Assembly (NCBI GenBank): GCA_012295275.1
Contig: CM022667.1
Location: 19,592,001-19,656,000 of the forward strand
Reading direction: 5' to 3'
DNA: 64,000 nucleotides
Source: Chrysomallon squamiferum
Lineage: Eukaryota > Animalia > Mollusca
Below, piece by piece: positions 1 to 50,180 of this stretch (positions are counted from its first letter, which is position 1; each line of letters begins with the position of its first letter). The notes beneath the pieces were generated by a model. It saw nothing but the letters and a program-made list of their open reading frames with translations. It was not told the origin of the DNA and ran no database searches. A program made the position numbers and the translations under genes.

Positions 1-259
1 CTACGTGTAGATAGATATTCATGTACCGAGTATTTTTTTATAAACAGATTCAATCTTGATTATTTATATAATTATAATATTTGCATATTTAGTGTCTATT
101 ATATAATTTATTCAAAGATTTATATTTTGTTGTTTAAATCGCTTTTTGTATAAGTTGTCAATATTGTGAAAATCAAAATGAGAGACACTATGTTGAAATA
201 AAACGTATGTAATATTTGTTTATGTTTTTCTTGTGCTGATTTTCATTACTTATTATTTA

Positions 260-297
<38 letters not shown>

Positions 298-996
298 TCA
301 GTGGTTGTAGTAGTAGCATTAGTAATAGTGGCAGTAATAGCAACAGTAGCATTATTATTATTTTATTTTTTATTATTATATTCTCTCAAATATAGTAATA
401 ACAAAAAATAATTAATAATAATAATAATGAAGTAGAAGGGGAATAACTCTACCTTACTGACGGTTAATAGCTGACGCTGGCGTTTAAAGGAATATTCCGT
501 GTCAGACGTCTGGCTGAGAATCAGAGTGATAGCATCACAGAAGACGTAGTCACAGATGTTCATAAGAATGATCTATCCTATGTCAAACTCATTTAACAAC
601 AGGCGTACCCAGTCACAATTTTGTGAGTATTAAAATATAAAAACGCCAATCGTTTTTCAAGCAGAAAAATAAAGGTAGAATTACCTTTTAAAGCCCTACT
701 GCACCTTTTATCACAACCGAAATACTTACAGTACATAATAACTAAAAAAAAAATGAAACAAAATACCCATTACGACAGAAATATATACAGTTGTATTATA
801 CATGAATATATGAAGTACACTAAATAAAAAATATCTACAAACTAATTATATACATGTATACTGAAAACATTGCGATCGAACTCAGGTCCTTCGTTCTGTC
901 ACGTTCACGTCTTATTTATTTATTATTATCATCACCATTAACATCATCACCATTATCATCATAATCACCACCATCATCATTATTATTATCATTTTC

Positions 997-1048
<52 letters not shown>

Positions 1049-1994
1049 GTGATAGACAGAATGTTCATGTATCTGCGTGTTTATAAACAATATTAGTGAT
1101 ATATTAGTTCCATTTTTTTTACAGGTGTACAGAATAGCAACTTCAGAATAATCTTTCGTCACTTAATTACTACGTTTTACCTGAATACATTCTGAGAATG
1201 AATCTAATGTATATATTTCCTTTGAAAGGATGTCAAAACAAAGAGAAAATAAATAAACAACAACAAAAAAAAACAAGAAAAACAACAACAACAAAACGAT
1301 GACGATTATTATTATTATTGTTGTTGTTGTTGTTGTTGTTGTTGTTACTGTAATGGTGGAGGGTATGGATATAAAAAGAATTTAACCAGCACAGACGCCC
1401 TCAACTTTCAGTACAGAGTATTATAACTGTTTTACTGTATTCGATTACATCATTTATCTTTCTAAACTGATCATCTAAATACAATTTAAGTACAATAATT
1501 CTTTCTCCAGCATGATTAAGAATGGGAGTTACTGACATGAGAAATGAAATATAACAGTACTGGACGACTGTGTTAACGCTGTAAATCCAGATCCTTGTAT
1601 CGAGATGTCGACACGAAACAATAAAATAACAACTTAACCTGGACTACTTTTACATTTTTACCTGTGTAGAACAGGTGTGTCTGTATGACTCATATACCTG
1701 TGATTACTGTGTGCTGATGTATGCGTATAGATAGATGCAAATGTCACACTCGATTTGATATCCAATATGGCTGTAAGGTTGTGGATCAGGATATAGGGTT
1801 TTCATTTGTATGCAAGACTTCCTTTTAACGAGTTAATGAAGTCGTTATTTCTGTTTTAAAACTTTATAATCATTCTTGCTGTTGTTTAATTTGTTTATTT
1901 ATTTGTTTAATTAATTTATTATTATTAATATTATTATTACTTTTTTTAAAACAAATAATAAATGCTAAAACGCCTACAAACACATACGAACATG

Positions 1995-2301
<307 letters not shown>

Positions 2302-2611
2302 TAACATATAGGCATAAAGAACTATCTAAATATATACGAAAATGTATCCATATACTCATAATAACAATCTGTTAACGGTTTCACATTACTGTGTGTACGG
2401 TCTGGTGATTACCAGACTGGGTCACTCGAAAGTCTGTGTGATAATTTTAATATAGTAATGACGACATCAGTTAAATCACTTCCTAATTCATTTCATAAAA
2501 ACATGACTAATTGGTTGTCAGTGAGCGGCGAGTAGCTCTAGACTGGCAAAATAGTCATTAATATCTGTAAACTGGATCAAACAAAACTAAGAAAGCTTTA
2601 TATATGTATGT

Positions 2612-2648
<37 letters not shown>

Positions 2649-2686
2649 TGTGTGTGAGTGTGTGTGGATGTGAGGGTGTATGTATG

Positions 2687-2718
<32 letters not shown>

Positions 2719-2977
2719 TATTCTTGTTGTTGTTTAATTTGTTTATTTATTTGTGTAATTTATTTATTTATTATATATATAGCTATATAAATATGTTTGT
2801 GTGTATATTAGTCTGTATGTATGTACATACACAAGCACACACACACACAATAACATATATTCATACATGTTAGATCAGACAGTCATTCAATCTCTCTTTC
2901 TCATTATCTTTTTCACACTTTCTCATTCTTTCTCTCACTTAGTCCTCCTTGTCACGCTTTCTCTGTCACTAACAAAC

Positions 2978-3021
<44 letters not shown>

Positions 3022-4779
3022 CAAAGCCACGTTCCACGGTACTCAGATAGCTGCAGTTATCTTGTTGCAGTCTCTTGTATAAAGAAATGCTGCTGTGGAA
3101 TTCTTTATCTGCCTCGGGGTCGCTGGACTTGTCACAGAAATTAAAAACATTTGCTCTGATGGTTTAATGTATGCAGATTGGACGACAGTCGCTGATTATT
3201 CCCTTATTATCGATTTGCAGATGAGTAATGCTGTTCTTTTGGGCCATGTCCGTTAATTCTGGTTCATTGTGGTCAATGCCACGAAGCGAAATGACCTCGG
3301 TCTTTAATGGTGCCAAGCGGACTTGGCTCTGATTAGAATCCTGATTGGTTGATTGGTTTAGTGACACCGCTTAGTCTGGCTCGATTAACATTATTCTCCC
3401 GTTCTGAATTCCCCTCCCCTCGCCCGTTTTCCATTTTAAAAGAGAAAAAACAATAAAACGCCAAAATTAGCCACTGACCTATTGACTTTGAACAAACAGA
3501 AATACACGACAGTATAATAAAAATAACAATTTTAACAGAAACGAGTTTGTTCCCGCCAAATTACAAACTATAAAACTAGCAATCGTTTTCTGCTATTTAA
3601 TTAACACAAACTGAGAATAACTGAAGGGAATTGGATGATTTTTTTTATGACGTCACAGATGGCCATGGATCACGTGACTGACTAGTGTATACTTAATTGT
3701 AGACATTTGAAGCTGACAGACAGCATCATTTGAAAACCAGGATGTTGTCACTGGCAGTGCACGAAAGCGATGTGTAACGAATCTGACCTGTTTGTACAAG
3801 ACTACAAGTCCTAAGGTCGTTTTGTCCAACCCCGCTTAATTGTTTTCTTTTAAGTGTTTGGCGCCCGTTCGTTTCGAGTAGGCCCTCTCACTCTTTCATT
3901 AATTACTTCCTATTTGAAGAGCCAGATTTACCACGAGAGGCAGTTGGTTTTAAATCACTTCCTGGACATGCGCGCAGTTAAATGTTCAGTTAATTTTGCA
4001 CAGTATAATTAACTTTATGTGATGGTGTGAATGATACAAACTAACTGTATAACTATAAAAACTGTGTAGACTACTATATTACATTTATTGAACTTTATAA
4101 AAAGTTTATAACGAGTGTGACTGAGACGTAAAAAAAAAAAAAAAAAAAAAGAATCGTACAAGACAGACGTCGTTATGGAGATAAAGTAGCGAGATCTGGT
4201 AAAGACTAAACAAGATAAACAATGGTCTGGATTTTCTCTTTGTTTCACTTTTACCAGCCACGCCTCTCAACTGATCCTCTGTATTCAAAACAGCCGCACT
4301 AATAACACAACTCCAGAATAATCTAGGTAATTACGTGTTACAAAAGAATTATGTAAATAGTTTTATTTACTGTTTCAAATACTATGCTGGTCTAAGCCGG
4401 AAAAAATAGCACCGAAAAAAAAAGGCACATGGAAAAATTATTATCAACAAATTACTTTCTCTTCTTTTTCTGGTATGAGTAGTAATAATATGAGCAGCGG
4501 CAATAATAGTAATAGAGGAAGAAATATGTTTGTTCGTTTGTTCGTTTGTTTGGTTGGTTGTTTAGTTGTTAGGTTGGTTGGTTTTACTATTTGATGCCAC
4601 ATATTATAACAATTTAAAATACAGTACTACAGAAAAATGATATAATACAATAATACACTGTACTACATAATTTAAATATATAATTTTAAATGTATAATTT
4701 AAACTGTGATATAATGATTTCATTACATTTAATACAATGACATAAAGATTTAACAGTAATACAGTACGTACTACAACTG

Positions 4780-5340
4780 TTATTATAATTATGATTTAAT
4801 ACTGTAATACAGTGTGATATATAATAAAAAAATTAATATTGTAATACAGTAATGTGTAATATAAAAATTTAACATTGTAGTACAAGAGTGCAATACATAA
4901 TATAAAAACTGAATATTATAATTATTATATAAAACATAGTGTAATATATAATAACGGTATTATAATACAATGTAATATATAATATAATAATTTAATATTA
5001 TAATACAGTGTAATAATATAAAAACTCGATATTATAATAATGTGTAATATATTATATAATAATTTAATATTATAATACAGTGTAATAATATAAAAACTCG
5101 ATATTATAATAATGTGTAATATATTATATAATAATTTAATATTATAATACAGTGTAATAATATAAAAACTCAGTATTATAATAATGTGTAATATATTATT
5201 TAATAATTCAATATTATCATATATTTTATATTACACTCTATGATAATATTAAATTATTATTATATAACATATTACACTTTATTATTATATGATACAATGT
5301 AATATATAATATAAAAACTTATCACTGCAATACAGTGATG
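4780..5340. repeat. AT-rich minisatellite, 72-bp period, with one inverted unit
   Basis: aaaactc recurs at 5021, 5093 and 5165. Confidence 0.85.
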
Positions 5341-6173
5341 TATGGTATAATTATTCAAAATGTCGTTTTACATAGATTTAAATAAAGTACGGAATAATTT
5401 AATAGTTGTATTCTAATGATTACAGCGACCTAATGCATTGTATTGCGTAACAGAAAGATTAATATGCTAAACAACACGCTAATCTGACAAGTCTTTGTCC
5501 TTCTCTCAATGAGAACCTCGTCTCTATACATGTATGTATGTATTTGCACTTATGTCGCTGATGTCAAAGATAAAATAGTTGCTTGTGTCAAACACAATGA
5601 CTAAGGTGAGTGGAATTCGTCGAGCATGCGTAGCTAACAGAAGACGAAAATATCCAATTGTAAATCTTAGTGCAACGAGTAAAGAATTTATAAATAATAA
5701 AACTCACATCGAAATATGTATTTACCCTGATATCGTACAAACTATAAATTAAATGAGGGCGAAATAAAGATGAATTTTTTTTTTTTTTTTTTAAATTTTT
5801 CGACAGGTAGACCTGCTAATTAATATTAAAGCAAACCATTCAGTTGCACACGTATAGAGCAGAATAAACTTATTATATATTTTCAAATATTTTCATACAT
5901 ACAATATACACACCCCTGGGCGGTGAAGACAGAGGGGGAGAAAGCGAGCGATGGCTTTCTCAGAGAAATTTTTTTTATCAAAAGTAGCAACTTTTCGACA
6001 ATTAATTTTTTTTTTTTAAATCTTTAATTTACTTATCTTTATTTATTTATTTATTTGTTTGTTTGTTTGTTTGTTATTTATTTTTTTGTTGTTTTTTTTT
6101 GTATTTTTATTTGTTGTTGTTGTTGTTATTTTTTAATTTTTTTATTATTATTATTATTATAATTATTATTATA

Positions 6174-6206
<33 letters not shown>

Positions 6207-6234
6207 GTTGTTGTTGTTGTTGTTATTATTATTG

Positions 6235-6266
<32 letters not shown>

Positions 6267-6794
6267 GTTATTATTATTATTATTATTACTTTGATGGCAA
6301 ACCTGGGAATAATTATCTTGTCTTACTAATTTATTGGATCAGCTCAAGGAGAGTTGACTAGTGGGGTGGATTATAACGAAGCAATGAACAGAAATCTCTG
6401 CTGGGTAAGACCGAGATGAACGAGACTGTTTGTTGTAGAAGATTCGTACACTTTTACATTGATTCGTTTTGTCTTGTATTTTACGTGTGAAATTAAAATA
6501 ATTAAATAACTAGATTATGTTTTCAAATTAGCTGTAAAAAGTTATTATTATAATTGTTTATTGTTTTTATTTCAAATACAAAATATAAAATATTTCTTGT
6601 GTTTTGATTTTAAATAAAAAAAAAATAAAAAAATGAACAGTAATTTCCGGTATTTGTTGTGTTTTGATTTTAAACACAAAAAATAATAAAAAATGCACAG
6701 TGAATTTAAAGTTATTCCATACACACACATACATATTACACACATACACACATACACACGTCATACATACATTTTTATGTGCTACATACATACC

Positions 6795-6830
<36 letters not shown>

Positions 6831-7128
6831 ACATATTTACATACACACACACACGTACATACACGCGTACATACATACATACACACACATACACACATAC
6901 ATATATACATACATACACAGATTCACACACACATTCACACACACATTTACTCGGACATACACAGACTCGGTATAAATTAACAAACATATATAATATTTCT
7001 TTATGCAGTTACATATATATTATAAAATACACACACTCTTCTTGTAAAACAACACACATACACGCAACACAAATACACACAACACACACACAACACACAA
7101 CAAACACACACAACATACACACACACAG

Positions 7129-7237
7129 TGTAACACGCCAAGCTTACTGCTGTATTCCGTGTCACGTACTGGATGTGACTTCTCTCCTACTTTATCAGAT
7201 CTAAAGATCAGAGTACACACACACAACACACACACAC

Positions 7238-7278
<41 letters not shown>

Positions 7279-7372
7279 TGTAACACGCCAAGCTTTCTGC
7301 TGTATTCCGTGTCACGTACTGGATGTGACTTCTCTCCTACTTTATCAGATCTAAAGATCAGAGTACACACAC
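7129..7372. repeat. 150-bp-period direct duplication (~90 bp unique core between CA tracts)
   Basis: taacacgccaagctt...gatctaaagatcagagtac at 7131 and 7281. Confidence 0.95.
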
Positions 7373-7861
7373 AGCGCGTATTTAGCAGGCGTGGTTGCCG
7401 TTGTTTAAACAGTGGACGTCGTCAGAGTCATCGTTTCACTTTGTACATGAAAAGAAAATGCACGTTCTTTGTTAGCCAGATTAGTGAAAGCTTCGTGCAC
7501 TTCAGAAATGACTTTTTCCCGTCCCAGGCCAATTTTGAATATCGATACTAATATAACATAGTAATAGTAGTTTCTTTCAGTTAAAACGTTTAAACACCAC
7601 TGCCTGTATTACGACTACAACAACTACTACTACTGCTATGACTTTTACTATTACTACTATTATTACTACTACTACTACTACTACTACAGCAACTACTACT
7701 ACTAATAATAATAATATGATAATAACAACAACAACAACAACAACAACAAACAGCCATAACAGAAGAAAAAGATCTCGTGTTCAAAATTAAAGTTATATTA
7801 AAACGGGAAAAAGAATACAAACAGCAAAAATGTAAGTAAAGGCACTGACACGCCCACTGTT

Positions 7862-7904
<43 letters not shown>

Positions 7905-10036
7905 ATTTGTGTGTATGTGTGCCTATGAAAAGTAAATCTTAATTAACAGTAAAATTATATATTCAGTCAGAAGTATATTTTGATTACTTCAATAGCTGGG
8001 AACAACTTTTTTTTTTCTTTTTTTTTTCGTAGATTTTCTCCGCACGATTTTTAACACACAACACAACATTTGTAATTAGCTCATATTAATCGTTTCGGGA
8101 CGATGAATACTGGGGGGAAAAAAAACTAAAACACCGCAGAATTTAGTCAAAACATGTTTGACGTCATAATACAATTACGTTTGAGCTGATCGGATCTGCT
8201 CTCGTTTAGAAAGTTAATTAAACGTGGATGACCCTTTGAGTTCTCGCAACATAACTGACCAAAGAAAATAAATTGTTTTGACAGTGCATCGTTCACAGCC
8301 GCCGGGGAACCGGCTGAACACATCGCGTCTGCAACGCGCAGACGTGTCAGTGTTTACTGATAGACTGTACCCCCGTCGCGTGTTCGCTTAGTGAGTGCAA
8401 CGGAAATGAGTCAGACGAATAAGCCCTGTGAAAGTCTATGCTGCACGACGCGGGTTGACTGTGAAGAAGAAGCGAGCGAGTGCGTGAGTGAGCGCTTTGT
8501 TTGAAACGCTCGAAGCAAGTCTCATAAAACAAAGAATGAAACTGTGTTTTGACTCTGTGTCTTCTTCTCCGTCTGTCTGTCTCATGTATATACGTGTTCA
8601 TATACAAAGAATGTTAATTTTGTGTCAGTGTATGTATGAATGTATAATTAAGTATATATATGCATATGTATATCGCTTGTAACTATATGTATGAATGCAT
8701 AATTAAGTATACATATGTGTATGTATATCGCTTGTAACTATATGTATATGTTAGGTATGTATGTTTGTATGTATGTATATGAGTACGTGTATGTACATGT
8801 ATGTATGTATGTATGTATGTAGGTGTGTGTGTGTGTGTGTGTGTGTGTGCTATTTTATTTATGCATGTCTGTGTGTATGTGTCTGTATGTACAGGCCTAT
8901 AGTTTAATTAAATTTTCTGTTATATTTAGATATCATTAATTTATCTGTTGTACGTTCGACACAGATTACACGAATATTTTTTTTTTTACATTTTCGATTA
9001 AATCCCAAATTCCGATTTCCTCAAAGAACTCGATATTTTGTTATCTGTTTAAAACAATTAACTCCTCTGAATCCGGATTTCATTTCACCTAAATTTAATT
9101 AAAAGATAAATTTACAAATCTTCCATTTCTATGTAATGTTATTAGTTTTATTACTTAAATCGACATAAACTGAAACAGTCCATCTAAAACGATTACATTC
9201 ATTTATTACATACAGCTTAGTTTTAAACGAGAATTTAATTAATATAATTACTTAACGAGTTAGTTTTTTTTTTTTTTTTTTCCAGTATTACTTCTAATCT
9301 TATCACTTCGGGTTATTTCAGGTAAGCCGCGATAGTGTTTTCTATACGCAGTATTTACAGTACGTTACAGTCGTAATATGTAGAGAGTGAGATACGTAAT
9401 TTTACCTCACCCCCTCGCCAGTGTAATCTGATACACGTACGTTAGATAACAGATCTGCTGATGTTAGCGGTAAAAACACAGAGGAAGACAGGTTCAAACT
9501 GAAAATCAGAGAGCGAAAAAAAAAAAAAAAAAAAAAATAACGTTAAAGACTTTTACAGATTGCACTGTATTGAGATTTAGAGACCAGCAATAGTAAAAAA
9601 TGTTGTTTTTGTTTTTTGTTTTTTAACTGGCGGTAGTGATTTGTGTGTGTGCGTATGTGCGTGCGTGCGTTTTGAACATATACAAATTTGTTTCTCTGTT
9701 ATAATATTTCTGTGTTGTTGTTTCAACGGCATTCTTGAGTTTTAAAATTCCTCATTCACCAGTCACGTGATTTCAAGCTGCCATTTTTATTACGTGTCAA
9801 ATAAAATGTGAAAGGTTATCAAGATAAAACAGACAAAGAATGAAACTGGGTGAATCATGGTTATATGAACAGGAAAACACAGTACAAGTGCAATGCAAAA
9901 GATTATTATTGACATAGAAGTTTAATTTAGACAATAATCATAATCTGTTTTAATAGTACAAATACAAATCAATCAAACATATAAATATGCTTGTACGTAT
10001 ATATACAGTAGGTTAGGTGTCAAACAAACAAAGCTT

Positions 10037-10070
<34 letters not shown>

Positions 10071-12074
10071 CAATAACAACAAGAGTATCAGAAACAATAA
10101 ACACAACGACAGCAACAAACAGCAGCAGCAGCAGCAACAACAACTGGATCAATAAAAAAACGACAGCAACAACAGCAACAACAGCAACAACAGCAGCACT
10201 AACAACAGCAACAACAACAATAATAACAGAAGGGAGAAAGGAGACTGTACTGTATAGGCTGCAGTCATCTATTAACAAGAAAGAGACGTGTTATACGTAC
10301 AGTCGGCTCATACAAACATAAAAACGGATACAATGCCCTACAGCAAAGAAATCGTTGAGCTGTAGGTGAACTGGGTTTAGTAGAGCAGTGGGTGCGCCGA
10401 TCAGTATTGATCCCGTGTAATAACAGGGCGAAGGATTACTGAGCACTTAAAAATATCATTAGGTTTTGTCCATCTGTTTCAACTCGCTCATTTCCCGTTC
10501 CAAATTTTGTTTTAGCTCTCTTCTTACAAACAAAAGGAAAAATGTTGTTAATTGTGTTATATATATATTTAGTATGTGCATGTAGTATGTGTATGTGTTG
10601 TGGTTATGGCTGAGTGCGTACGTGTATGCTTATGTATTTGTGTGTATTTGTCTGTGACATTAAGGACAAAGTATAATAGCTGTTTGGGTTATTATAAATT
10701 GTATAATTCACTCGGTATAAACACATTAAAAAATTTTGAAATATGCACTAGCTGTTAGTTGGTAATTATAAATATTTTTTGTATTATTTGTTGCTTTTCA
10801 TCTGGCAATATTAAACGTACAAGAAAAAGACTGCACTGAAATTATGACGTCACATATAAACCATGAAAATTTTGACAGTTTTATATTAATCATGTCTAAT
10901 TTAATTTGAATATTGTTTGCATACATATTTACATATAAATTCCTTTCAAAGTTATTTTGACTTCACTTACATTAAAATAGATAATCTTTTTTTTTTTACA
11001 TCTTCGGGTCATGTACACCATTGTTACACATTTTGTTTAATGCCGTGCCGGTTTCCAAGCAACGTTCAGGTCATCATAATAACAGTTACGTCAGCGTTTG
11101 TTTGAATTTACGCAAACACTACCATTGTATTTTACATGATATTATCCAGCAAAATAGGTTTTCTGTCCGAGAAAATAACTAAAAACAAAAATGTTTAGGG
11201 TTTCTTTTTGTGCGTTTTATTTATTTATTTATTTTTGGTTGGTGTTTTGTTTTTTTTTTTTTAGGGGGAGGTTTTCCAGAGAAGTTTGATTTTGTGGATG
11301 AAAGAAAAGTGGGAAAATAATTAAATTTGTTATAAATAAAGATACCATTACTTGATAAATATATCTTGTTAGACAGGCATTTTGTTTTAATGAAAACATT
11401 TAGACGTCTTATAACTCTTTACAGTGTTACTTTTCAAATTAACTAGAATTAAATTATATACTTTAATTTTAAAATAACCGTAAATAAATTATATTTTTTT
11501 CATAGAAATGAAGAAGGAAAATTATTTCGAAAAAAGTTGTGATCTATGTTTTATATATATATATATTATTTTTGTCCAGTGTTTTTTTTTTTTTTTTTAA
11601 TTACTTATTTATTTATTTTATGTTTCTTTACCCCCTTTTACCGATTTTCTTTTATTTATTTTTCTTTTCTTTTCTTTTTATGTTGTTTTGTTTAGTTTTT
11701 TCTATAACTTATCTTCTCTGCATTTTCTTTTTTCCTTTTCTTCTTTATCGCTTTGTTTCGAAAGTTTTCGAATTTGTAATTAAAAAGCTTTAGATGTTTT
11801 GTTAGTAAAGTTAAAATGACAAAGGTCAGAACGTGTTTACAGCGTGATTACAACAGCTCCCAACTGACACGACGTCACGACGTAGTCACGGAGGAATTCA
11901 CGGTGATGTCGTCTGCTTTAAAATATCCACAAGACACTACCGGGTTCAGGATGGAAGACACGAACCAACTTCTGTTTGCCAATCAATATATATATATATT
12001 TATATATATACTTTGCAATAATTATCTCTCAAACACGAGAGCATGGGTTATTCTTGTCGATTAGCAGTAAGGTG

Positions 12075-12150
<76 letters not shown>

Positions 12151-12569
12151 GACCTTCCCTAGGTCTGGAAAGCAAAACTATGACCGTTGATAAACGATTC
12201 GATGAGAATTGGCTGAAGTGACCAACAGACCATTCGAAGAGCCGAGGATCTAATCTGGGTCCAGTCACATCTCATAATAATTCTGATGATGATAATGATT
12301 ATGATGATTACTATTACTATTATTATTATTATTGTTATTGTTATTATTACAAACAGATATAAATAACGGTTTAAAAATAGTATTTATAACTCTGACAGTA
12401 TTTAAATATATTTAAATGGTAGGCAAAATTATAACAAACGAACAAAAACAACAACAACAAAAGATGACTAACAACAACATTACCGATCTACGCAGTAATC
12501 CGTTTAGACGAGGTGAGAGGAAACTTCAGTATGAAACTGATGGACTGAAGTCACTTCAAAAGTTGAATT

Positions 12570-12636
<67 letters not shown>

Positions 12637-13662
12637 GAAACATTTCAAACTCTCGAACCTGTAAAGTATGTCACAATAATATTTGTAATTCAAAAAAAAA
12701 AAAAAAAAAAAAAAAAAAAGCGCGTATTTTAGTGCTGAATCATAAGGAGGCCTCTTGATAAGAGTTCTAATTATAGACAGTGATTTCTACAGGTGCGAAA
12801 ATCACTCGTAATTAACTGATTTTGAAATTTGTTATTTCGCGTTAAATTTCGTGAGTGAAACTTATGTAATTAACGACAGATAATTATAGCTGTAGGTAAC
12901 ACAATGACTACGAAAGATTGTCAACTCTCAGGTATGTCAGTGAAAGGTGTGCATGACATCACACTCCCACGCCCGCATTGGTCAACCCAAGAATTTACAA
13001 CCGCTGTTGATATTGATGGCAGCACTCCTGTATGCAAAAAAAAATCGCTAGCATATTTTCAGAGAAATATCTGTAAACATCAACGTTAAACACACATTTA
13101 CAGTTTGTGTTTCCAGTATTTATATAAGCAAACGAATAGCAAAATTACAGTTACAGTGTAAACAAAACAGCGACAATATCAATAAACTCAGTGCCGACAG
13201 AGCGGGAGGTGAACAGAATAGCCGTTGTATCTGTCCAAGGCTTTTTGAACGGGAAATGGGGTTGGTTTCAGAAGGTTTGTACTAAAACGGGTAACATGAC
13301 GTAAATCATTCAAGTGATTGTTTGAGGGAAACGAAATACATTTGTGTTGTCTTTTCTAATTGGATTAAATCTGGTGGAATTTATATTCAGTTTTTTCATT
13401 CGACACCTGGGGATCTGAGTTCCATTAAACCGATCGGATCTTTGTTGTCAAAAAATTGCCACCGTTTGGACGTATTGTATAGGAACGTGAAGGGATATAC
13501 GAAGTGCAAGTACGCCTTCTGTGTTGTGAATATGTAAAGGAGGAGGGTATTTATATTCATATTGTAGGTACCATTTATTCGTTGTTAAAATATCTCTGTA
13601 TTTAGAGCAGCATTTCCCGGCCCCAGAAGCCAAAGAGTAGCCTAAGCTTCCTTACTTCCAAG

Positions 13663-48162
<34,500 letters not shown>

Positions 48163-50145
48163 AAGCAGTGTGAAGAAGTACTTAAATGTTTATAACAGCA
48201 GCAGAAATCACTGACCCATTCAATGGGATCTACAGACGTTATTTTCTTACAGCGTAAACATAAAGTTTGTAAACATTGTCTGGATGTAAACAGGTTTCGG
48301 TGACTTCTGTAAACGTGAATAACAGTTTGATTAATTTACATTTTCTAAATTTATTTTCCAGGGTTTTAAATTCTTAACTGAATTTTTCTTTCAAATATTT
48401 TTGTGTATATAAACTTGAGTGAGAAGTAAAAATAAATAGTTACTTGAGAAAACAAACAAATTTGAAGTAAGCATTTTAATAAATGCAGAGGGAAAAGGTT
48501 AACAATTTATTTTTTTTTTTTTTTTATCTGAAGAAGTCTGAAGTAACTCCTGAATTAGAATATATGTCTTAAAGGTTCTTGTTTTCATGGAGCATTGTTT
48601 GGAAGTTTTAAAATTAAAACAGTATATGAAAAAAAGTAATGTACAAACATTCCATTTCAGTTAAAACATAGATTCCATATTTAAGCAATCAGACATGTTG
48701 ATCAGATGTAAATTTTGACCATCCTTGGCCTATATTTTATTATTATTTATGCAAATCAGCATGTACTGCCAATTGTCAATCATTTCTGTTTGAAATTCAT
48801 GGCTAAGATTTCATTTTTCAGTATAAAAAATTTTCTACTTAAAAGGGCCCATTTCTGATCTCAATTATAAACCATGAAACTGAGAACCTGATATGTTTAT
48901 TATTTAAAAGTTAAAATAGTCTTTGAACATAAGTAAGATAATTGTTTCATGTTAAGAAAACTAAATTTATTGCCCATATTTTAATTTTTAAATTCCTGGA
49001 AAGCAGTCATGTTTCTATATAAAAGAAAGATAAGAATCAAAGACTTTTTTTTTTTTTTTTAAATACATTTTATTTAAATTTTAATTTCATTCCATTTAAA
49101 CAGATTAAAATGCTCATTGTTAAGAGTTAATTTTGCTAGGAAGTTGTAACAAAAACAGTTTTTCCTCTCTCTTAATGAGGCAATAATATTTGATTAAGTT
49201 TTACTGATTTATTATGTTCATTATCAGATCATAGACTTTGAAAGAATCTGTTTAATTGTGATTCTTAGTCTCAACATCAAAGAACTGATTCATTCTCGAC
49301 GTGTGATTTGTTTACATAGTTCTTAATGTGTGATTTTATGAGTGATTCACGTGCGTGACCCATCTTGGTGGCCTTCTCATCATCATCATCATCATCAAGG
49401 TGGAATCAACACAAAAATGATTTGTATGCACTCCAAATCTGCGAAACTAAAACAAATTTGTTTCGAGAATTCTGTTTAATACGTCGAAAGTTTATTTTTA
49501 TCGTGCAGTTAATAAGTTATATTCATGATTGAAATAGCAGAGCAATTCAAAAACAGTTACAAATGTATTAAAATTATTTTATTTTTAATAATGATAATCT
49601 TGTGTTTAATATGCACAGTTTTTTTGTCGTTCATGTATTTTTGTATTTACAACACTCTGAAAACTGGATCATTACATTACGGTTATGATTACCATTTCTT
49701 TCCCCTTTTTTTTTTTGTTGTATAAAATACAAATCTTCTATTCAGCAATATTCTCTTTTTTTTTTTTTTTTTTTCCTTCTAAATAAACAAAATGCATTAA
49801 AGATCTTGTTCTTTTTCCCCCCATATTTAATACTGATAAATTTGTGTTTACCACTATGGTTGTTTGAATGTTTATCAATAATTTGCACATATGTTTTGTA
49901 TTGCATATTGTTTAATATCAGTTCAGAGGATAGGATACTGAACTACAAGAACTAGTTGTTTATCTTCATGTTTTATTATTTTTCAGTTGAAATGAACGGT
50001 GCTGCTTAATTTGCTTTTGTACAAACACCTGTGGGTCTCTGTACTGTTTTGTAAATAACTAAATCAATGTAATTATAGCTTCTTACATGCCATTTTGCTT
50101 TGTAAATGCTTCTCTATATAAAATATATGTATGTATGTGTGTATG

Positions 50146-50180
<35 letters not shown>

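Noticed and set aside
363-563. Minus-strand ORF MNICDYVFCDA... with a possible donor near 455
   Set aside because: No recognisable homology or partner exons; could belong to a gene off-window but I cannot support that.
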